A DNA stretch of 64,000 bases, from assembly GCF_964204645.1 (NCBI RefSeq), contig NC_134033.1, positions 6,888,555-6,952,554 on the forward strand. The letters are read 5' to 3'. Position numbers and translations under genes: made by a program. Shown here in pieces: positions 62,901-64,000 of this stretch (its first letter is position 1; the number at the start of each line of letters is the position of its first letter). The stretch comes from Tubulanus polymorphus. Its lineage: Eukaryota; Animalia; Nemertea. The notes under the pieces are model-generated. The model had not been told where the DNA came from. It worked only from the letters and a program-made list of their open reading frames with translations, and did not search any database.

Positions 62901-64000
62901 TGAACGACGTTTTCGCGTCGAAAAGCGCTTTTCCTGACGATTTGAGCGCTTTTACGCATCGGCATTGTCGTTTTTCCGATAGGGGGAATATTCGATAAGA
63001 AAACGTCTTTTCTCGCGCTGAACGACGTTTTCGGTTCGAAAAGTGCTTTTCCTGACGATTTGAGCGCTTTTACGCATCGAAATTGTCGTTTTTCCGATAG
63101 GGGGAATATTCGATACGAAAACGTCTTTTCTCGCGCTGAACGACGTTTTCGCGTCGAAAAGTGCTTTTCCTGACGATTTGAGCGCTTTTACGCTTCGACA
63201 TTGTCGTTTTACCGATAGGGAGAATATTCGACACGAAAACGTCTTTTCTCGCGCTGAACGACGTTTTCGCGTCGAAAAGCGCTTTTCCTGACGATTTGAG
63301 CGCTTTTACGCATCGACATTGTCGTTTTACCGATAGTGAGAATATTCGATACGAAAACGTCTTTTCTCGCGCTGAACGACGTTTTCGCGTCGAAAAGTGC
63401 TTTTCCTGACGATTTGAACGCTTTTACGCATCGACATTGTCGTTTTTCCGATAGGGGGAATATTCGAAAAGAAAACGTCTTTTCTCGCGCTGAACGACGT
63501 TTTCGCGTCGAAAAGTGCTTTTCCTGACGATTTGAGCGCTTTTACGCATCGGCATTGTCGTTTTTCCGATAGGGGAAATATTCGATACGAAAACGTCTTT
63601 TCTCGCGCTGAACGACGTTTTCGCGTCGAAAAGTGCTTTTCCTGACGATTTGAACGCTTTTACGCATCGACATTGTCGTTTTTCCGATAGGGAGAATATT
63701 CGATACGAAAACGTCTTTTCTCGCGCTGAGCGACGTTTTCGCGTCGAAAAGTGCTTTTCCTGACGATTTGAGCGCTTTTACGCATCGACATTGTCGTTTT
63801 ACCGATAGGGAGAATATTCGACACGAAAACGTCTTTTCTCGCGCTGAACGACGTTTTCGCGTCGAAAAGTGCTTTTCCTGACGATTTGAACGCTTTTACG
63901 CATCGACATTGTCGTTTTTCCGATAGGGAGAATATTCGATACGAAAACGTCTTTTCTCGCGCTGAGCGACGTTTTCGCGTCGAAAAGTGCTTTTCCTGAC
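35988..64000. repeat. 118-bp CpG-rich satellite array (~237 monomers, runs off the window); candidate (peri)centromeric
   Basis: Consensus GAAAAGTGCTTTTCCTGACGATTTGAGCGCTTTTACGCATCGACATTGTCGTTTTTCCGATAGGGGGAATATTCGATACGAAAACGTCTTTTCTCGCGCTGAACGACGTTTTCGCGTC; diverged to ~38550, homogeneous with higher-order repeats beyond. Confidence 0.98.

Noticed and set aside
35900-64000. Dozens of 60-211 aa ORFs (MRIFDTKTSF…)
   Set aside because: Translations of the 118-bp satellite in rotating frames with GTG/TTG starts; not genes.
36000-64000. CENP-B box in the satellite
   Set aside because: TTCG and CGGG occur, but I could not find them at the TTCGnnnnAnnCGGG spacing on either strand.

Overview
Eukaryotic, probably invertebrate, heterochromatic-looking DNA in three parts. 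(1) 1-5.6 kb is a repeat mosaic: a truncated Polinton end, 31-bp minisatellite arrays, TA-flanked MITEs, a LINE reverse-transcriptase relic and Helentron/HINE-like hairpin ends. (2) 5.6-36 kb holds two AT-rich Polinton/Maverick (Polinton-like virus) elements. Element A (5582-12080) is 5'-truncated. Element B (12277-35987) is complete but internally rearranged and largely pseudogenised, with ~410-460 bp TIRs and a 5-bp target-site duplication (AAACA). Genes include pPolB, rve integrase with a C-terminal chromodomain, an A32-type packaging ATPase, putative major and minor capsid proteins, an NCLDV-type HNH nuclease and several membrane proteins; no maturation protease was recognised. (3) 36-64 kb is a CpG-rich 118-bp satellite with nested higher-order repeats. 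Main observations: both Polintons abut the same 118-bp satellite about 200 bp apart; 22 start codons sit in a poxvirus-late-promoter-like TAAATG, often after a T-run, suggesting a virophage-like dependence on a large cytoplasmic DNA virus; each TIR of B is itself a long fold-back whose fixed mismatches are all G-T wobbles on the 3'-terminal strand, with GNA mini-hairpins in the loop; and a small GC-rich palindrome sits in-frame in genes and at rearrangement breakpoints. All calls are by eye and motif recognition; no searches were run and identity figures are estimates.
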